From NCBI GenBank assembly GCA_028692535.1, contig JAQUXD010000002.1, positions 1 to 48,557 on the forward strand: DNA of 48,557 bases, written 5' to 3'. Both the position numbers and the translations under genes were made by a program. Under the pieces are notes generated by a model, which worked only from the letters and a program-made list of their open reading frames with translations, made no database searches and had not been told where the DNA came from. Origin of the DNA: Eubacteriales bacterium. GTDB lineage: Bacteria; Bacillota; Clostridia; Peptostreptococcales; Anaerovoracaceae. Position 1 is the first letter of the stretch. The number at the start of each line of letters is the position of its first letter. This document shows positions 47,544 to 48,557 of this stretch, piece by piece.

Positions 47544-48403
47544 TCATCAAGAGAAATATCACAAAAGAAGTACTGGAAAAAATCAAGATCCTGGCTTTTG
47601 ACATGGACGGAACACTGTTGGACGAGAAGGGAATGCTTTCGCCGGCCAACGAAGCCTGTATCCTGAGGGCCATGGAAAAGGGATATCATATTGTCATCGC
47701 CACGGGAAGGGGATATTCAGCCTTTCCCCAAGAGGTGTTGAACATGGAGGGAATCCGCTATATGATCTCTTCCAACGGGGCGCACATCGTGGATCAGCAT
47801 ACCCGTGAAACCATTTATTCCAACCTGCTTACACGGGATGCGGTAGAAGCTGCCATGCCCTGGATTGCCGACCCGGACCTGATGCGAGAGGTGTTTTTCC
47901 ACCATCAGGTCTATGCGGACAGGCATTGCATGGAAAATCTTCCCCGTTATGGCGTGCTGACGGAAAAGAGTCAGAACTATGTGTTGGCGACCCGCAAGCC
48001 GGTGGAGGATGCCGTGGCGCTGATCCGGGAATACGCCGATCAGCTGGAGAATATCAACTTGTTGTTTCCGGATCGGGAGAAGCGGCTTCGCTACTGGCAG
48101 GAATTAAGGGGCGTCAAAGGCCTGACGGTGGTTAGTTCCATGCCCTACAACATTGAGCTGGGAGGCGCCACCACCTCTAAGGCCACGGCGCTGAAGGCTC
48201 TGGCGGAGATGTTGGGTCTGAGCCACGATAATATCATGTCCTTCGGTGACAGCACCAACGACGCCGAAATGCTGGCGGCTGCCCAAGTAGCTGTCGCCAT
48301 GGGCAATGCCGTGGAGGATCTGAAAGAAATGGCTGATGTGATCACGCGAAGCAACGCAGAGGACGGGGTGGCCTACGCCCTGGATCAGCTGCTGGATCTG
48401 TAG
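47540..48403 (+). CDS. Cof-type HAD-IIB family hydrolase (sugar-phosphatase-like)
   Basis: LAFDMDGTLL motif I, ATGR motif II and GDSTNDAEML motif IV. ATGA overlap with the upstream DMT gene. Confidence 0.88.
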   Translation: MIIKRNITKEVLEKIKILAFDMDGTLLDEKGMLSPANEACILRAMEKGYHIVIATGRGYSAFPQEVLNMEGIRYMISSNGAHIVDQHTRETIYSNLLTRDAVEAAMPWIADPDLMREVFFHHQVYADRHCMENLPRYGVLTEKSQNYVLATRKPVEDAVALIREYADQLENINLLFPDREKRLRYWQELRGVKGLTVVSSMPYNIELGGATTSKATALKALAEMLGLSHDNIMSFGDSTNDAEMLAAAQVAVAMGNAVEDLKEMADVITRSNAEDGVAYALDQLLDL

Positions 48404-48429
48404 AAGGAAAATGAGATCAGCGCATAGAA

Positions 48430-48453
48430 AAGAGCAGCCTTTCGGCTGCTCTT
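48430..48453. terminator. hairpin between convergent genes
   Basis: AAGAGCAGCC-TTTC-GGCTGCTCTT. The T-tract is weak, and the 3' arm abuts the stop codon of the minus-strand gene. Confidence 0.55.
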
Positions 48454-48557
48454 TAGCAGTTTTTGAGATAATCGATTTCCTGTCGGGTAAGCTTGCGATA
48501 ATGACCTTGCTTCAGCCGGCCGAGATGGATGTCTCCGATGGCCGTACGCTCCAGTAG
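48453..48557 (-). CDS. C-terminal fragment of a probable RsuA/RluB-type pseudouridine synthase (5' part outside the window)
   Basis: My own translation of the minus strand gives LLERTAIGDIHLGRLKQGHYRKLTRQEIDYLKNC*. The pattern G.L..G.YR.LT..E resembles pseudouridine synthase C termini. The fragment is too short to be sure. Confidence 0.4.
   Translation of the reverse strand, partial: LLERTAIGDIHLGRLKQGHYRKLTRQEIDYLKNC

Overview
This window is a GC-rich, gene-dense stretch of core chromosome that looks Firmicutes/Clostridia-like. The supporting marks are PFOR, GlnRS, ScpAB, TagO/MnaA, a V-type ATPase and a cobTUS module. I call about 43 protein genes and one tRNA, mostly on the + strand and packed into tightly coupled operons. 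In order they are: (1) the PFOR 3' end, an AEC malate-type permease, malic enzyme, an ECF S-component and cobT-cobU-cobS. (2) pyrG. (3) An SDR reductase divergent from alr. (4) tadA plus a single-pass Ig-like protein. (5) cvpA, tRNA-Arg(CCU) and a Na/Pi cotransporter. (6) An Lrp/AsnC regulator divergent from glnS. (7) An aminotransferase, a CoA-transferase and a D-2-hydroxyacid dehydrogenase. (8) truA, dCMP deaminase, tagO, mnaA, a MATE transporter and a PhzF-family gene. (9) A complete nine-gene V/A-type ATPase operon whose c-ring subunit carries the Enterococcus hirae Na+-binding residues. (10) pyrB-pyrC-carB-pyrF-pyrE. (11) A second 2-hydroxyacid dehydrogenase. (12) An SLT lytic transglycosylase. 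(13) scpA-scpB, two tandem DMT paralogs and a Cof-type HAD. (14) The 3' end of a pseudouridine synthase. I saw no CRISPR array, transposase, integrase, phage gene, toxin-antitoxin pair or recognisable defence gene, and I cannot honestly point to a clearly novel system. The best second-look items are modest. They are the uncharacterised aminotransferase/CoA-transferase/dehydrogenase cluster and its repeat-rich control region; a riboswitch-less cobalamin lower-ligand module fused to a malate/pyruvate operon; a terminator-like hairpin between the tRNA and the Na/Pi transporter; a repeated 12-mer in the lrp-glnS divergent region; a probably leaderless truA; a pyr operon holding carB without carA; and the predicted Na+ specificity of the V-ATPase. 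All calls rest on reading the supplied translations and the sequence by eye; no database search was run.
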